Virus record (IMG/VR): IMGVR_UViG_3300004213_000011
Coordinates: 1 to 46,914 of that record
DNA: 46,914 bases
Strand: one strand, 5' to 3'
From: a virus
Lineage: Duplodnaviria; Caudoviricetes
The translations under genes were made by a program, and so were the position numbers. Positions 1 to 8,513 of the stretch are shown here, piece after piece; the first letter of the stretch is position 1, and each line of letters opens with the position of its first letter. The notes beneath the pieces are model-generated. The model was not told the DNA's origin, ran no database searches, and saw nothing but the letters and a program-made list of their open reading frames with translations.

Positions 1-20
1 TATACAAATATACGCAAATA
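1..20 (-). promoter_or_regulatory. Phage promoter repeat copy (TTTGCGTATATTTGTATA), truncated by the window edge
   Basis: Same core as the copies at 7531, 8406, 9956, 35745 and 44815; contains TATATTTG, the Bacteroidota -7 element. Confidence 0.8.
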
Positions 21-68
21 AAATAATACAGTTATTAACAATTTAAAAAAGTTATTAACATTTAAGTT

Positions 69-548
69 TTATTTTTCAATAATATTGATGTATAGTTCAT
101 CTGGAAGGGCTACTGCTGGGGGTATAGTAATAAAATGTTCTCCAGCCCACTTAATTATTTTTTCAATGTAGCTTGATAACTCTTCTTTAGTGTACAGACT
201 CAAACTTTTAATGCCTTCGTGTACTTCCCCGGCGAAATCTGTGGTGTATTGTACCCCGAATTTACCTTTCATAATTTCGTGTATTTCTTCCGGTTCGTAA
301 CCCGTTTCGTCGGAAATAACTTTGTACACCACCCCGAAAAGATAGCCCATTTGGTTGCTACTTTTAGAGGGCTTACCATCAGAAAAGTAAACCTTGTATG
401 GGCGGCCCTCCTTTAGTTTTTCCGGTATCTGCTGGAGTAGTCTTATTATCCATTGCGGGCCTTGTACGTTCTGTATCCCCTCTATTATCCGGGGCAATTT
501 GTCCAGCTTGTTCAGGTTCAGGATTTGGTTTCGAAGTTTTAACGCCAT
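69..548 (-). CDS. NinB/YbcN-like recombination-associated protein
   Basis: KSSNQMGYLFG..Y..I...TGY..EEIHE.MK...S...T..E.S.YIEKI..WA pattern typical of NinB-like phage proteins. Confidence 0.6.
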   Translation of the reverse strand: MALKLRNQILNLNKLDKLPRIIEGIQNVQGPQWIIRLLQQIPEKLKEGRPYKVYFSDGKPSKSSNQMGYLFGVVYKVISDETGYEPEEIHEIMKGKFGVQYTTDFAGEVHEGIKSLSLYTKEELSSYIEKIIKWAGEHFITIPPAVALPDELYINIIEK

Positions 549-807
549 AGTATTGTTTTTTAGGTGGGTATTTTGCTTTTAAATTATTGCAAATGGCTAC
601 TTGTAAGGCATTATAATAAGATGGGTTGCCCGCTTGTACCTCTAACAAACCGGGAAGCATTTGTAGGCGTGTTTCTGTGCTTGCTGTGGCCCATTGGTTT
701 TGTTTGTCTATCTTATCTAACCTAGCAGCTTCTACCAGGCTGGCTATGCGTTTTTTATCTTCGGCTTCTATTTCTTCAAAAGTTCTGCCTATAGTTTGCT
801 TAACCAT
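379..807 (-). CDS. Hypothetical protein
   Basis: 142-aa ORF coupled to the MTase stop; its 3' end overlaps the next gene. Confidence 0.6.
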   Translation of the reverse strand: MVKQTIGRTFEEIEAEDKKRIASLVEAARLDKIDKQNQWATASTETRLQMLPGLLEVQAGNPSYYNALQVAICNNLKAKYPPKKQYYGVKTSKPNPEPEQAGQIAPDNRGDTERTRPAMDNKTTPADTGKTKGGPPIQGLLF

Positions 808-1862
808 TGTTCGTATATTCTACTTGCTATTTGCGCTGTCATTACAGGAGGAACAGACATGCCGATTAAATAATGTGGTTGCAAAGAATTAAAATTATAA
901 TCTAATGGGTAGGATTGAATTTTAATTCTTTCTTCTTTGCTTAAATATTGTGGATAGTCAAATTTTACTATACAGTCTTCTTTTGATGTAAGTGTATTGC
1001 AAACTCCATCAGCATAAACATAATTTTGCCCAAAACCTGTATTCGGTTTGTTTCTATACCTTTCATTTGTACAGCTAAATTTTAGGTCGCCCTTTAGGCG
1101 CTGCGCCCATATTTCTTTGTAAAAAGGGCTAATCTCCCTTCCTTTATCGGTTTGGATTTCACCAAAAAAAACAGGCTTCTCATTAAATTTAAGTTTTAAA
1201 AATGGCTTATTAGTAAACATGTCAACATATTGCATAAAATCTATAGTTAAATCTTTTCTTAATGCCACAAAGAAAACACGCTCCCTTTTCTGTGGCACTC
1301 CCATTTTAGATGCATCTAACAAATAATGCTGTACTTCATAACCAGCCTTTTCAAAATCTTTATAGATTTGCCTTACATATTTTTTTGCACTACCTAAAAG
1401 CAAACCTTTTACGTTTTCTGCAATTACTACTTTGGGTTGTAATTTTTTAGCTAATTCGATAAAATCAAAAAACAAAGTGTCTAGCACCTGGTCGGCTTGA
1501 CCTTCCCTGAATTTCTTTTCTTTACCCCAATCTTCCTCCCGATTGCCAGCCATGCTAAAACTGCTGCAAGGTGGAGAACCGTCTAAAATATCTAAATTAT
1601 AAAGCTCTTCGGGTAAATCAGTTCTATTTTTAAAAGTTTGAATAGGTTCAATATAAGCGTACTTTGGTTTATGGTTCTCTATATAACATTCCATCATTTT
1701 TTTATCAATTTCATTGCACCCTATAACATCAAAACCAGCTAATTTATAACCCATTGTTGAACCTCCACCACACGCAAAGCAAGAAAATACTGTGCCTTTA
1801 TCTTTTGTAAAAACTGCATCTTTTAAAGTCCAATTATATGGGAACCTGTGTTCTTTATTCAT
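789..1862 (-). CDS. DNA (cytosine-5) methyltransferase
   Basis: Motif I FACGGG, catalytic GSPPC, ENVKG and QKRER motifs in canonical order. Confidence 0.93.
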   Translation of the reverse strand: MNKEHRFPYNWTLKDAVFTKDKGTVFSCFACGGGSTMGYKLAGFDVIGCNEIDKKMMECYIENHKPKYAYIEPIQTFKNRTDLPEELYNLDILDGSPPCSSFSMAGNREEDWGKEKKFREGQADQVLDTLFFDFIELAKKLQPKVVIAENVKGLLLGSAKKYVRQIYKDFEKAGYEVQHYLLDASKMGVPQKRERVFFVALRKDLTIDFMQYVDMFTNKPFLKLKFNEKPVFFGEIQTDKGREISPFYKEIWAQRLKGDLKFSCTNERYRNKPNTGFGQNYVYADGVCNTLTSKEDCIVKFDYPQYLSKEERIKIQSYPLDYNFNSLQPHYLIGMSVPPVMTAQIASRIYEQWLSKL

Positions 1863-1910
1863 ATTAACTTATTCTTCTGTCTTTACTGTTTTCGAATTAT
1901 TTTTTAAAGA

Positions 1911-2564
1911 TCACAATATAATCTTACCAGTTAATATACTGTTTCTATACTGCCGATACTTTTCCTCTTTGCTTAACTCCTCTTTTTCGCCTTCTGTAAA
2001 GTTTGTAGCCTTTTTAAGAACTTGTAAATATTCGTCGCTTATTTCAGAAAAATCGTTTTCAGATTCTTTGTGTTTTTGGGCGTCCTCGAATGCCTTTTGT
2101 TCTACTGCCGCCTCTCTTTCTTTTATATATTCAGAAAACCAAAGATGCACTGTCATAGCATCAAAGGAACCAAAAATTTTACCGAACCGGCCTGTAACGC
2201 CCTCCCGAAAACAAAAAACTATTTCATCGAACTTTAAATACCAGTACTTAGTTAAAATTTCGTTAGATAAATATAAAATCTGGTCTATATTTAATTTTTT
2301 TTCATTAGTCAGATTAAATTTATTATTGTAAAAAGTAATTATTCTAGAAATACTCATACCTACTTCCTGCGAGTTTTCCTTTCTAAGCTTACTTAACTGA
2401 TCGCTTTGCAAAGCTGTTGCAATAGTAACGCTACTTTGTGCGCTTTCAAATGCCATTAAAGCCTGGACATTATTATTAATGTCCTGAGAAGTTATAATTT
2501 CTTGCAGCCTCGGTAATTTCTTTGTCGCTAATCTGATTAGTTGGTTGTTTTTTTGCGAGTCCAT
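1911..2564 (-). CDS. Replication-associated protein (helicase loader-like position)
   Basis: Directly downstream of the initiator; Y.YLK.DEI..CF..G..G.FGK pattern recalled from Bacteroidota phage genes in this position. Confidence 0.45.
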   Translation of the reverse strand: MDSQKNNQLIRLATKKLPRLQEIITSQDINNNVQALMAFESAQSSVTIATALQSDQLSKLRKENSQEVGMSISRIITFYNNKFNLTNEKKLNIDQILYLSNEILTKYWYLKFDEIVFCFREGVTGRFGKIFGSFDAMTVHLWFSEYIKEREAAVEQKAFEDAQKHKESENDFSEISDEYLQVLKKATNFTEGEKEELSKEEKYRQYRNSILTGKIIL

Positions 2565-3405
2565 TTTTAATCTGGTTAAGAATATTGTTTATGTTTGAAT
2601 TTATTTGAGTAAGCTTTAATTGTTGCTGCAAAAAAGGCTCTAATTTTTTCCAGTTTTCAAAAATATATTTTAAGCCGTTTATTGCCCCTAATTCGTCTTT
2701 AGTATTGGATATTTTTACAAGGTATTTTTTTAATTTTGCAGCGGCCACCCCGTCCGCTGCTGTAAAGTCTGGTTCTACCCCTACTTCATTTTTGTAAAAC
2801 TCTACATAGGTATCAGTAAATTGTTTATGTAAATTTTCGCTCGCGCCCTTAGTTTGCGTAGCCTCTTTTGGCGGTTTAGGCTCATCAATATCATTTTTTA
2901 AGGGGGTTGCTTCAGCAACTGTTTCTCCCTCTTTTTTAGGGTTTAAAGGTTTAATAGGTTTTAAGGTTTTAAGGTTTATATATGACTGTAATGCTTCTGC
3001 AATAGCTTTTACCTCTGCTTCTGCATACGCTTCTGCAAGTGCTTCTGCAACTGCTTCTGCATCTGCTTTTACATTTAATGCAGAAGCATTTTTATACGCT
3101 TGCCCTATCTCGCTAGGTTCTTGAATTAGGGTAACCTTATTACAAGTGTACTGATTTTTGCTTTTTTCTACCCACATTATAAATCCATTATCAGACAAAA
3201 ATTGCAATGCAGACTTATAAGTTCTCCAGTCTGTAACACCTAAACACTCCATAGATTTTTCAGTTTGGATGTCAATTATTTTTTTCCAGCCGGATGCATT
3301 TCCACGCTCCAAAATCCAAAAGTATAAGGCAGTATGTACGGGTTTTACGCCAGCATTTTCATAAGCAAAAGAAAACCATATGCGCGATAAATTATAACTA
3401 TTCAT
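2476..3405 (-). CDS. Replication initiator protein (N-terminal winged HTH)
   Basis: HTALYFWILE..N..GW N-terminus, central low-complexity AEA repeat encoded by DNA iterons; lambda O-like layout. Confidence 0.75.
   Translation of the reverse strand: MNSYNLSRIWFSFAYENAGVKPVHTALYFWILERGNASGWKKIIDIQTEKSMECLGVTDWRTYKSALQFLSDNGFIMWVEKSKNQYTCNKVTLIQEPSEIGQAYKNASALNVKADAEAVAEALAEAYAEAEVKAIAEALQSYINLKTLKPIKPLNPKKEGETVAEATPLKNDIDEPKPPKEATQTKGASENLHKQFTDTYVEFYKNEVGVEPDFTAADGVAAAKLKKYLVKISNTKDELGAINGLKYIFENWKKLEPFLQQQLKLTQINSNINNILNQIKNGLAKKQPTNQISDKEITEAARNYNFSGH
2937..3087. repeat. Iteron array plus AT-rich repeats; probable replication origin
   Basis: GCTT(C/T)T(G/A)C units at 12-bp period (2993, 3005, 3017, 3029, 3041, 3053, 3065), an inverted copy at 3079-3087, and adjacent AGGTTT repeats at 2937-2978. 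Confidence 0.7.
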
Positions 3406-3445
3406 TTTTGCCTATCTACTATTGTCGAATTATTAAACAAAAAAA

Positions 3446-3622
3446 TTACCCAGGTAAAATAAAAACAGTACCGTCTATAGTAATTTTTTTTATTCCCTTT
3501 TGTCTCATCACTTCTTTGTCTTTAAGCCACAAATACACAGTACTTTTATCTAAACCTAACTTTTTGGCATAAGTACTGGGCTTAACAAGTTTTGTGTGGT
3601 CTATTTTTAAAGATTCTACCAT
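3446..3622 (-). CDS. Small HTH DNA-binding protein (Cro/excisionase-like), 58 aa, absent from the ORF track
   Basis: Translated by hand: MVESLKIDHTKLVKPSTYAKKLGLDKSTVYLWLKDKEVMRQKGIKKITIDGTVFILPG. Confidence 0.7.
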   Translation of the reverse strand: MVESLKIDHTKLVKPSTYAKKLGLDKSTVYLWLKDKEVMRQKGIKKITIDGTVFILPG

Positions 3623-3709
3623 TGTTGAAATGTTTTTGCAAATAATAGCGGTTATTACACCGCCCTTATTAATGATTAAAAATAATAAATAATTTTATTA
3701 AAACAAAGT

Positions 3710-4360
3710 TTATTCTTGATCTGAATAAATAAATTCTATTCTGGCAGGTTCAGAAAATAAGTTTTGCTGTCTTTGCCATTGTTGAATCCGTTTTTTAGCA
3801 TCTTCGTAATAATCTTTGTCTTTTTCTATACAGGTTATTTCAAAGCCCATATCTAAAGCGGCAATTACGCTACTCATACTACCCCCGTGGCTGTCTAATA
3901 TTTTATCTCCAGGTTGAGCGTAATTTTTAAGTAGCCATTTGTAAAGAGCAACGGGTTTTTGAGTTGGGTGTATCCTGTCTAGTTGGTTTGGTGTTTTCTT
4001 AAATATTTTTGCTGGCTTATCGGGTGTTACCCATGCAAACTCACATTCTGCAAAATCCCGTCCGTACATCGACTCCGCCTTATCCCAAATTACAAAACTC
4101 TTTGATGGGGGCAAATGAAAATAATTGCCACCCCAGATTATTTGATACTTTGAGACCCTAAATAATTCTTGAAAATATTCATCTTTAGGTATGGTATCAT
4201 CCCACTTTTTTTTATCTGGCTTTATAGTTTTCCTTGATCCCATATTCATGTTATTAACTCCAATTCCATAAGGAGGATCACAAATTGCAAGATCGTAACA
4301 CTTATCAGGTAAGGATCGCATATAATCCATACAATCCCCTAAAATTATTTTGTTGCCCAC
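3710..4360 (-). CDS. DNA amino-methyltransferase (N6-A/N4-C, beta class)
   Basis: DPPY catalytic motif, HPTQKP, then the D.H.GS.S SAM-binding motif. Confidence 0.92.
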   Translation of the reverse strand: MGNKIILGDCMDYMRSLPDKCYDLAICDPPYGIGVNNMNMGSRKTIKPDKKKWDDTIPKDEYFQELFRVSKYQIIWGGNYFHLPPSKSFVIWDKAESMYGRDFAECEFAWVTPDKPAKIFKKTPNQLDRIHPTQKPVALYKWLLKNYAQPGDKILDSHGGSMSSVIAALDMGFEITCIEKDKDYYEDAKKRIQQWQRQQNLFSEPARIEFIYSDQE

Positions 4361-4364
4361 CTGT

Positions 4365-4799
4365 TTACTTTTCTATATTTAAAGCTTTTAATAATACAGA
4401 TAAGTAGGGGGAGCGAACAATACGTTTATTTAGGATGTTATAAATAAATCGGTCGGGTAAGCTGTTTTCTCTTTCAATAGCTGCAAAAGTCTTTTTATCT
4501 TGTTTAAGTTTTTCCCGTATTTTATTCCGCAAATCATCACCTACAGCATCCGAGGTAATGGAATTTTTACGGGTTTTTTTAATGAGGGTAACAAGGTTTT
4601 TAATCCGCTCATCCGGGGCGGGCTTATCTTTGTGTACGTGCTTAAAACGCCCGTTAAAGAGACGATAATATTTATTAGGCGCCCAGTTAACCGCTTGCAA
4701 AAAACGGTTAAGGCTGCCGAATTTGGCACGTATTTCTTTCTCTATCCCCTCCCTTGTTAACTCTTCGGGCGGCCCGTCTAGGTATTTCTTTTCTTTCAT
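4365..4799 (-). CDS. Basic protein with two HTH-like segments; putative transcription regulator
   Basis: FGSLNRFLQAVNWAPNKYYRLFNG and KTFAAIERENSLPDRFIYNILNKR segments. Confidence 0.45.
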   Translation of the reverse strand: MKEKKYLDGPPEELTREGIEKEIRAKFGSLNRFLQAVNWAPNKYYRLFNGRFKHVHKDKPAPDERIKNLVTLIKKTRKNSITSDAVGDDLRNKIREKLKQDKKTFAAIERENSLPDRFIYNILNKRIVRSPYLSVLLKALNIEK

Positions 4800-4801
4800 T
4801 T

Positions 4802-5275
4802 TTATAAGGTAATTTTTAAGCTTGTGGTACTTTTTTTAATCGGGGGCCGTACTGTAAAAGCCTCACCGCTACTTTCTAAAACCTGGGGGTAAGGTGTTTT
4901 TACTGTTTTTAAGGTGGCCTCCCGTTCCTTTAACGCGGCCTGGGCTTCTAAGTATTTCTCGTTAAGTTCTTGCCATAACAAATCAGCACTATAATCATAG
5001 CTTACCCCGGTTTCTGCGCTTTCAACTTTGGCACCGTTTACCGGGTAATTTTTTTGGCCAGTTGCTTCTAATTCTTTTAAGGCCGCCGGGCGCAATCGGG
5101 CAGTAAAAGCATTAACATACTCTCCTACCCGCTGGGCGGCAACTACCAAAGCTAATAAATTTGTATCAGCCGCTTCTATAACCGCATCGGCTTCTGTTTG
5201 TGCTGTAGCAATTATAGCTTTTTTTGTAACAGGAGCACCCGGCCACGCTGTACCTATTTGTAATAAACTTTTCAT
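4802..5275 (-). CDS. Phage protein of the recombination module
   Basis: GVSYDYS and PP.KKST motifs; adjacent to the putative single-strand annealing gene. Confidence 0.55.
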   Translation of the reverse strand: MKSLLQIGTAWPGAPVTKKAIIATAQTEADAVIEAADTNLLALVVAAQRVGEYVNAFTARLRPAALKELEATGQKNYPVNGAKVESAETGVSYDYSADLLWQELNEKYLEAQAALKEREATLKTVKTPYPQVLESSGEAFTVRPPIKKSTTSLKITL

Positions 5276-5280
5276 ATATT

Positions 5281-6066
5281 TTAATTTGCTGCTGCGCTTT
5301 GTTCTTCGCGTTCTTCAATTATTTTTTTTATCTTTTCGGCTACCTTATCTGCTATTTCCTGATCTAATTTGTTTATATTAAGTAACATCTTAGTTTTTTC
5401 CTGGCGAGTTATCACAGGGTTGTTTAATAGCCTTATAAGAGTTTCTTTTTGTTTGGCTGTTGCATACTTAATACTACCATCGTTACCGGCTGGGCCGGTG
5501 ATAACAGGAACGTCTTTTGCGGGTTGTGTTAGGCCTGCCGGTGCATCTGCTTTAGGTGTAAGCCTTTGTCCCGGTACTGTGTCCGGTTTTATTTCCGGCA
5601 TATTGCCCCCGTAATCCATTTCTTCTGCCGGTGTGGCCTCGTAACCTGCTGCCCTTATTAAGTACGCTAGAACGTTACGAAAAGCCTTGCCCACGGCCCT
5701 TGTTTGGGCCATGCTTGCAATAGCAAACTCTTGGTAATACTTCTTTCCCTGCTCTTTATTGCTGCAAACTGCAAACCCGGCTCCGCAAATGATATTAGTA
5801 TCTAAGTTTAATAATTCTACTTTAGCCTGGTACTTTAATTCAGCTTCAGTACCTACATTAACCAGATCTTTTACAACCGGAATTATACCTGCACGGGCAC
5901 CCGCATACTGCCAACCTTCAATGTTTACATATTCTTTGCCCTGAATATTATGGTAAAGTTTGTTTTCTTTAATGAATTTAGCTAGCTCATTAGCTAATAA
6001 TTTCATATCACCTGAATCGGCGATATTATAATTTTGGAGCTTTGCGGGTTGTGTTTTTGCTGCCAT
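5281..6066 (-). CDS. Putative single-strand annealing recombinase
   Basis: KEYVNIEGWQ, SMAQTRAVGKAFR and TPAEEM motifs; C-terminal AT.KQ helix motif. Confidence 0.6.
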   Translation of the reverse strand: MAAKTQPAKLQNYNIADSGDMKLLANELAKFIKENKLYHNIQGKEYVNIEGWQYAGARAGIIPVVKDLVNVGTEAELKYQAKVELLNLDTNIICGAGFAVCSNKEQGKKYYQEFAIASMAQTRAVGKAFRNVLAYLIRAAGYEATPAEEMDYGGNMPEIKPDTVPGQRLTPKADAPAGLTQPAKDVPVITGPAGNDGSIKYATAKQKETLIRLLNNPVITRQEKTKMLLNINKLDQEIADKVAEKIKKIIEEREEQSAAAN

Positions 6067-6067
6067 G

Positions 6068-6889
6068 TTATTGATACATTAAGAAGTATTGTTCTATAAG
6101 TTCTTTGTGATCTCTTAAAAATTGATTGCGTATTTCAGGAGTTTTAAAAGCTAAAAACTGATTTATTAAAATAAAGCTAACCAACTCGATACCGTTTTTA
6201 TAACATCTAATACAATATTTTTCTTCTCCATCTAGCCCCCAATCCGGCACCCAACCCCCATTCACGTGCTTCATTAGCTGGCTTAATTGTGCCATTGCTA
6301 GTGCGCTTTTAGCTTGGTTTTCAGTAACAAATAAGTTCCGAAAGGCAGGAACACTATTAAGATGTGGTTCATATTCCAAACCAGAATACTTAGTTATGCA
6401 ATATCCGGAAATCATACCCAAATCTTCCCACTTTTTAACTCGTGGTTTTAATTCTTCTTCTGTAAAATTAGCGTGTATAAGTTTATCTATTGTGCTGTTC
6501 TGGCCTAATAGGTTTCTTGCTTCTTCTACACTTAATAATATTGGTTTTTTAGTTTCCATTGGCTTTGTTTTGCTTTTTATATAATCGTTTAATATTTTAT
6601 TTATACTCTCTACTGTTCCATTATAATGAGCAGCATGATACAGGATAACCTTAATTCGTTGGTTATCAAAAGAAAAAGCGCGTTTTACATAAGGTAATTT
6701 TAAAATTAGGTAGTATATATCCTCGGATATATAAAAGTTAGCGTTAATACAAAACTCATCCCCATTCAAAGCATATATAGGTTTTATTTCAAACTTGGGT
6801 TTTAACAAGAATATTCCACTTGCATATTCTTGTTCTTCATCATCGTGCATGCTAATTGCGGGCTCTAAAACTGAATGATGTTTACACAT
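6068..6889 (-). CDS. Hypothetical protein (possible two-part fusion; internal start METKK)
   Basis: C-terminal AQL..L....N.GW.PDW...FLAF domain recalled from Bacteroidota phage proteins. Confidence 0.6.
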   Translation of the reverse strand: MCKHHSVLEPAISMHDDEEQEYASGIFLLKPKFEIKPIYALNGDEFCINANFYISEDIYYLILKLPYVKRAFSFDNQRIKVILYHAAHYNGTVESINKILNDYIKSKTKPMETKKPILLSVEEARNLLGQNSTIDKLIHANFTEEELKPRVKKWEDLGMISGYCITKYSGLEYEPHLNSVPAFRNLFVTENQAKSALAMAQLSQLMKHVNGGWVPDWGLDGEEKYCIRCYKNGIELVSFILINQFLAFKTPEIRNQFLRDHKELIEQYFLMYQ

Positions 6890-6909
6890 AATTTTACTTT
6901 GTTTTAAGT

Positions 6910-7098
6910 TTAAAGTATTTCTATTTGATTTGAAGCACTAGGGAATATAGAAATTTTACTACTATCTATATCGCTAACTTTATTAATCATTAAAGAACCT
7001 TCTTGAGTTTCTAAAATATTATAGCGTATTTCATCTATAACAATAGTTATTCTTTTAGCCTTAACTGGCTCTTTTGATCTATCTATTAGTAAATCCAT
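6910..7098 (-). CDS. Hypothetical protein
   Basis: 62-aa ORF, ATG start in A-rich context. Confidence 0.55.
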   Translation of the reverse strand: MDLLIDRSKEPVKAKRITIVIDEIRYNILETQEGSLMINKVSDIDSSKISIFPSASNQIEIL

Positions 7099-7127
7099 TA
7101 TTGCTTTGTTTTAAGTTTATAATATAA

Positions 7128-7304
7128 TTATATTTTAAGGCTTATAGGGACTGCTACTATAAAATAACCTGGGTCATCATAATACTGTAGCTGCTCCGCT
7201 TTATACTTTTCAAATGATTTTGTATCAGCTACACGCTCCGTGAATGTATCCCGGTCATTAAACTTGTATAGTGTTTTTACACGTGTAACCAGAGGTGCTG
7301 CCAT
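7128..7304 (-). CDS. Hypothetical protein, 58 aa, absent from the ORF track
   Basis: MAAPLVTRVKTLYKFNDRDTFTERV...; fills the gap between neighbours. Confidence 0.5.
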   Translation of the reverse strand: MAAPLVTRVKTLYKFNDRDTFTERVADTKSFEKYKAEQLQYYDDPGYFIVAVPISLKI

Positions 7305-7312
7305 TGTTTTAA

Positions 7313-7513
7313 TTAATTGTTTAATTTATCAGCAGCCTCTGAAACTTTATAACCTTTTTTGATAAACCTTTGCGCGGCTTTTTGAACAGCAGATTTGTCC
7401 AAATAATCAGTAAATTGCACTGTATATCGCTTATCGGTTACCCATCTTTTGTAAGCAAAATAAATTCTATAAAACCCACTTTGATAAGTGTAAATAGTTA
7501 TAAACTTTTCCAT
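7313..7513 (-). CDS. Hypothetical early protein (start revised to MEKFIT)
   Basis: The track start at 7546 lies inside the promoter repeat. Confidence 0.6.
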   Translation of the reverse strand: MEKFITIYTYQSGFYRIYFAYKRWVTDKRYTVQFTDYLDKSAVQKAAQRFIKKGYKVSEAADKLNN

Positions 7514-7530
7514 TTGCTTTGTTTCTTCTT

Positions 7531-7557
7531 TGTTTGGTATATACAAATATACGCAAA
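7531..7557 (-). promoter_or_regulatory. Phage promoter repeat
   Basis: TTTGCGTATATTTGTATATACCAAACA. Confidence 0.85.
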
Positions 7558-7593
7558 ATATAGTATTATGTTACTACTATTTGGTATTTATTT

Positions 7594-7836
7594 TTAATGC
7601 TGTGGCCCCGCTTCATGTCCTGGTATTTGCCCGGTGCCTTGACAATAAGGGCAATCATGGGTAAAGAATTTATCTGTAGCTTGCAGGCATTCTGTACAAT
7701 TACCGTCTCCGTCTTTATCAAATATTATAGGCTGTCCACAGCAATCCGTTAAAATGCCGTCTCCTGTACAAGCCGGACATGTATTATCTGGGCGTAAAAG
7801 CTGGGTTATACCCGGTATATTATTTATATTAGGCAT
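7594..7836 (-). CDS. Cys-rich zinc-finger protein (DnaJ-type CxxCxGxG)
   Basis: CPACTGDG, CC, CTEC, CPYCQGTG. Confidence 0.7.
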   Translation of the reverse strand: MPNINNIPGITQLLRPDNTCPACTGDGILTDCCGQPIIFDKDGDGNCTECLQATDKFFTHDCPYCQGTGQIPGHEAGPQH

Positions 7837-8092
7837 GTTGTTTTCTATTATTAATATATCTTTTTACGGCGGCTCTAGCTTCTTCTTTTACTGCTTCAAT
7901 ATCAACTCCTTTAGATTTATAATAAGATTCATTGGAGGGCTTATTCAAAATATCATAAGCCAATTCTAGCGCTTGGCTTTCGGATTTAGTAAACCCGGAA
8001 GAAAAGTTTTTAAATATGGCCAGGTATTTCACCTCTTCTCCATTGGCGTAATAAGTTAATGCTTTATTTAAACTGGCTGAAAAAACTGTCAT
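7829..8092 (-). CDS. Hypothetical protein
   Basis: 87-aa ORF with AAAACTATG start. Confidence 0.6.
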   Translation of the reverse strand: MTVFSASLNKALTYYANGEEVKYLAIFKNFSSGFTKSESQALELAYDILNKPSNESYYKSKGVDIEAVKEEARAAVKRYINNRKQHA

Positions 8093-8121
8093 AGTTTTGT
8101 GTTATTGTTTCAATTAAACGA

Positions 8122-8391
8122 TTAATTAATATAAAATTTGCTTTCAAAATTTCTTGTTTTTTCTTCAATATTTGTTAGCCAAAATAATTTTTTAGGAGCT
8201 GTTGCTCTACCTTTTTGAGAAACCAACAATTCAACTAATAAACCTTTATCCAATGCACTTTGCGCATCATTTAGCATAAAATATTTGAAATCAAGCAAAT
8301 CTTCTTTGTTATTATCAGTTAAAGAACTTTTAGAAAGTAGCCTTTCTAATCTACTACATGTCATTTTAGGAATCCAAATATTTCTTTTCAT
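8122..8391 (-). CDS. Hypothetical early protein (start revised to MKRNIW)
   Basis: The longer track ORF runs through the promoter repeat. Confidence 0.6.
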   Translation of the reverse strand: MKRNIWIPKMTCSRLERLLSKSSLTDNNKEDLLDFKYFMLNDAQSALDKGLLVELLVSQKGRATAPKKLFWLTNIEEKTRNFESKFYIN

Positions 8392-8405
8392 GGCCTTTTT
8401 TGTTC

Positions 8406-8450
8406 TGTTTGGTATATACAAATATACGCAGAAAAATCGAATGTGCAAAT
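8406..8450 (-). promoter_or_regulatory. Phage promoter repeat with -33 TTTG element
   Basis: TATATTTG at 8419-8426 and TTTG at 8446-8449, 19-nt spacer. Confidence 0.85.
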
Positions 8451-8473
8451 TTGTTTTCAAAATATTTGTAAAT

Positions 8474-8499
8474 AAAAAACCCCAGCTTAGCCAGGGTTT
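8474..8499 (-). terminator. Intrinsic terminator
   Basis: AAACCCTGGC-TAA-GCTGGGG followed by a T6 tract. Confidence 0.7.
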
Positions 8500-8513
8500 A
8501 AAATTGTGTTTTG

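Noticed and set aside
3648-3663. GCGGT/ACCGC hairpin as a terminator
   Set aside because: Only a 5-bp stem with a broken U tract; too weak to call
7514-7546. Shared MYIPNK/YIPNR N-termini in track ORFs 7313-7546, 8122-8460 and 35407-35760
   Set aside because: These are translations of the promoter repeat (TTG TAT ATA CCA AAC); the real starts are downstream ATGs
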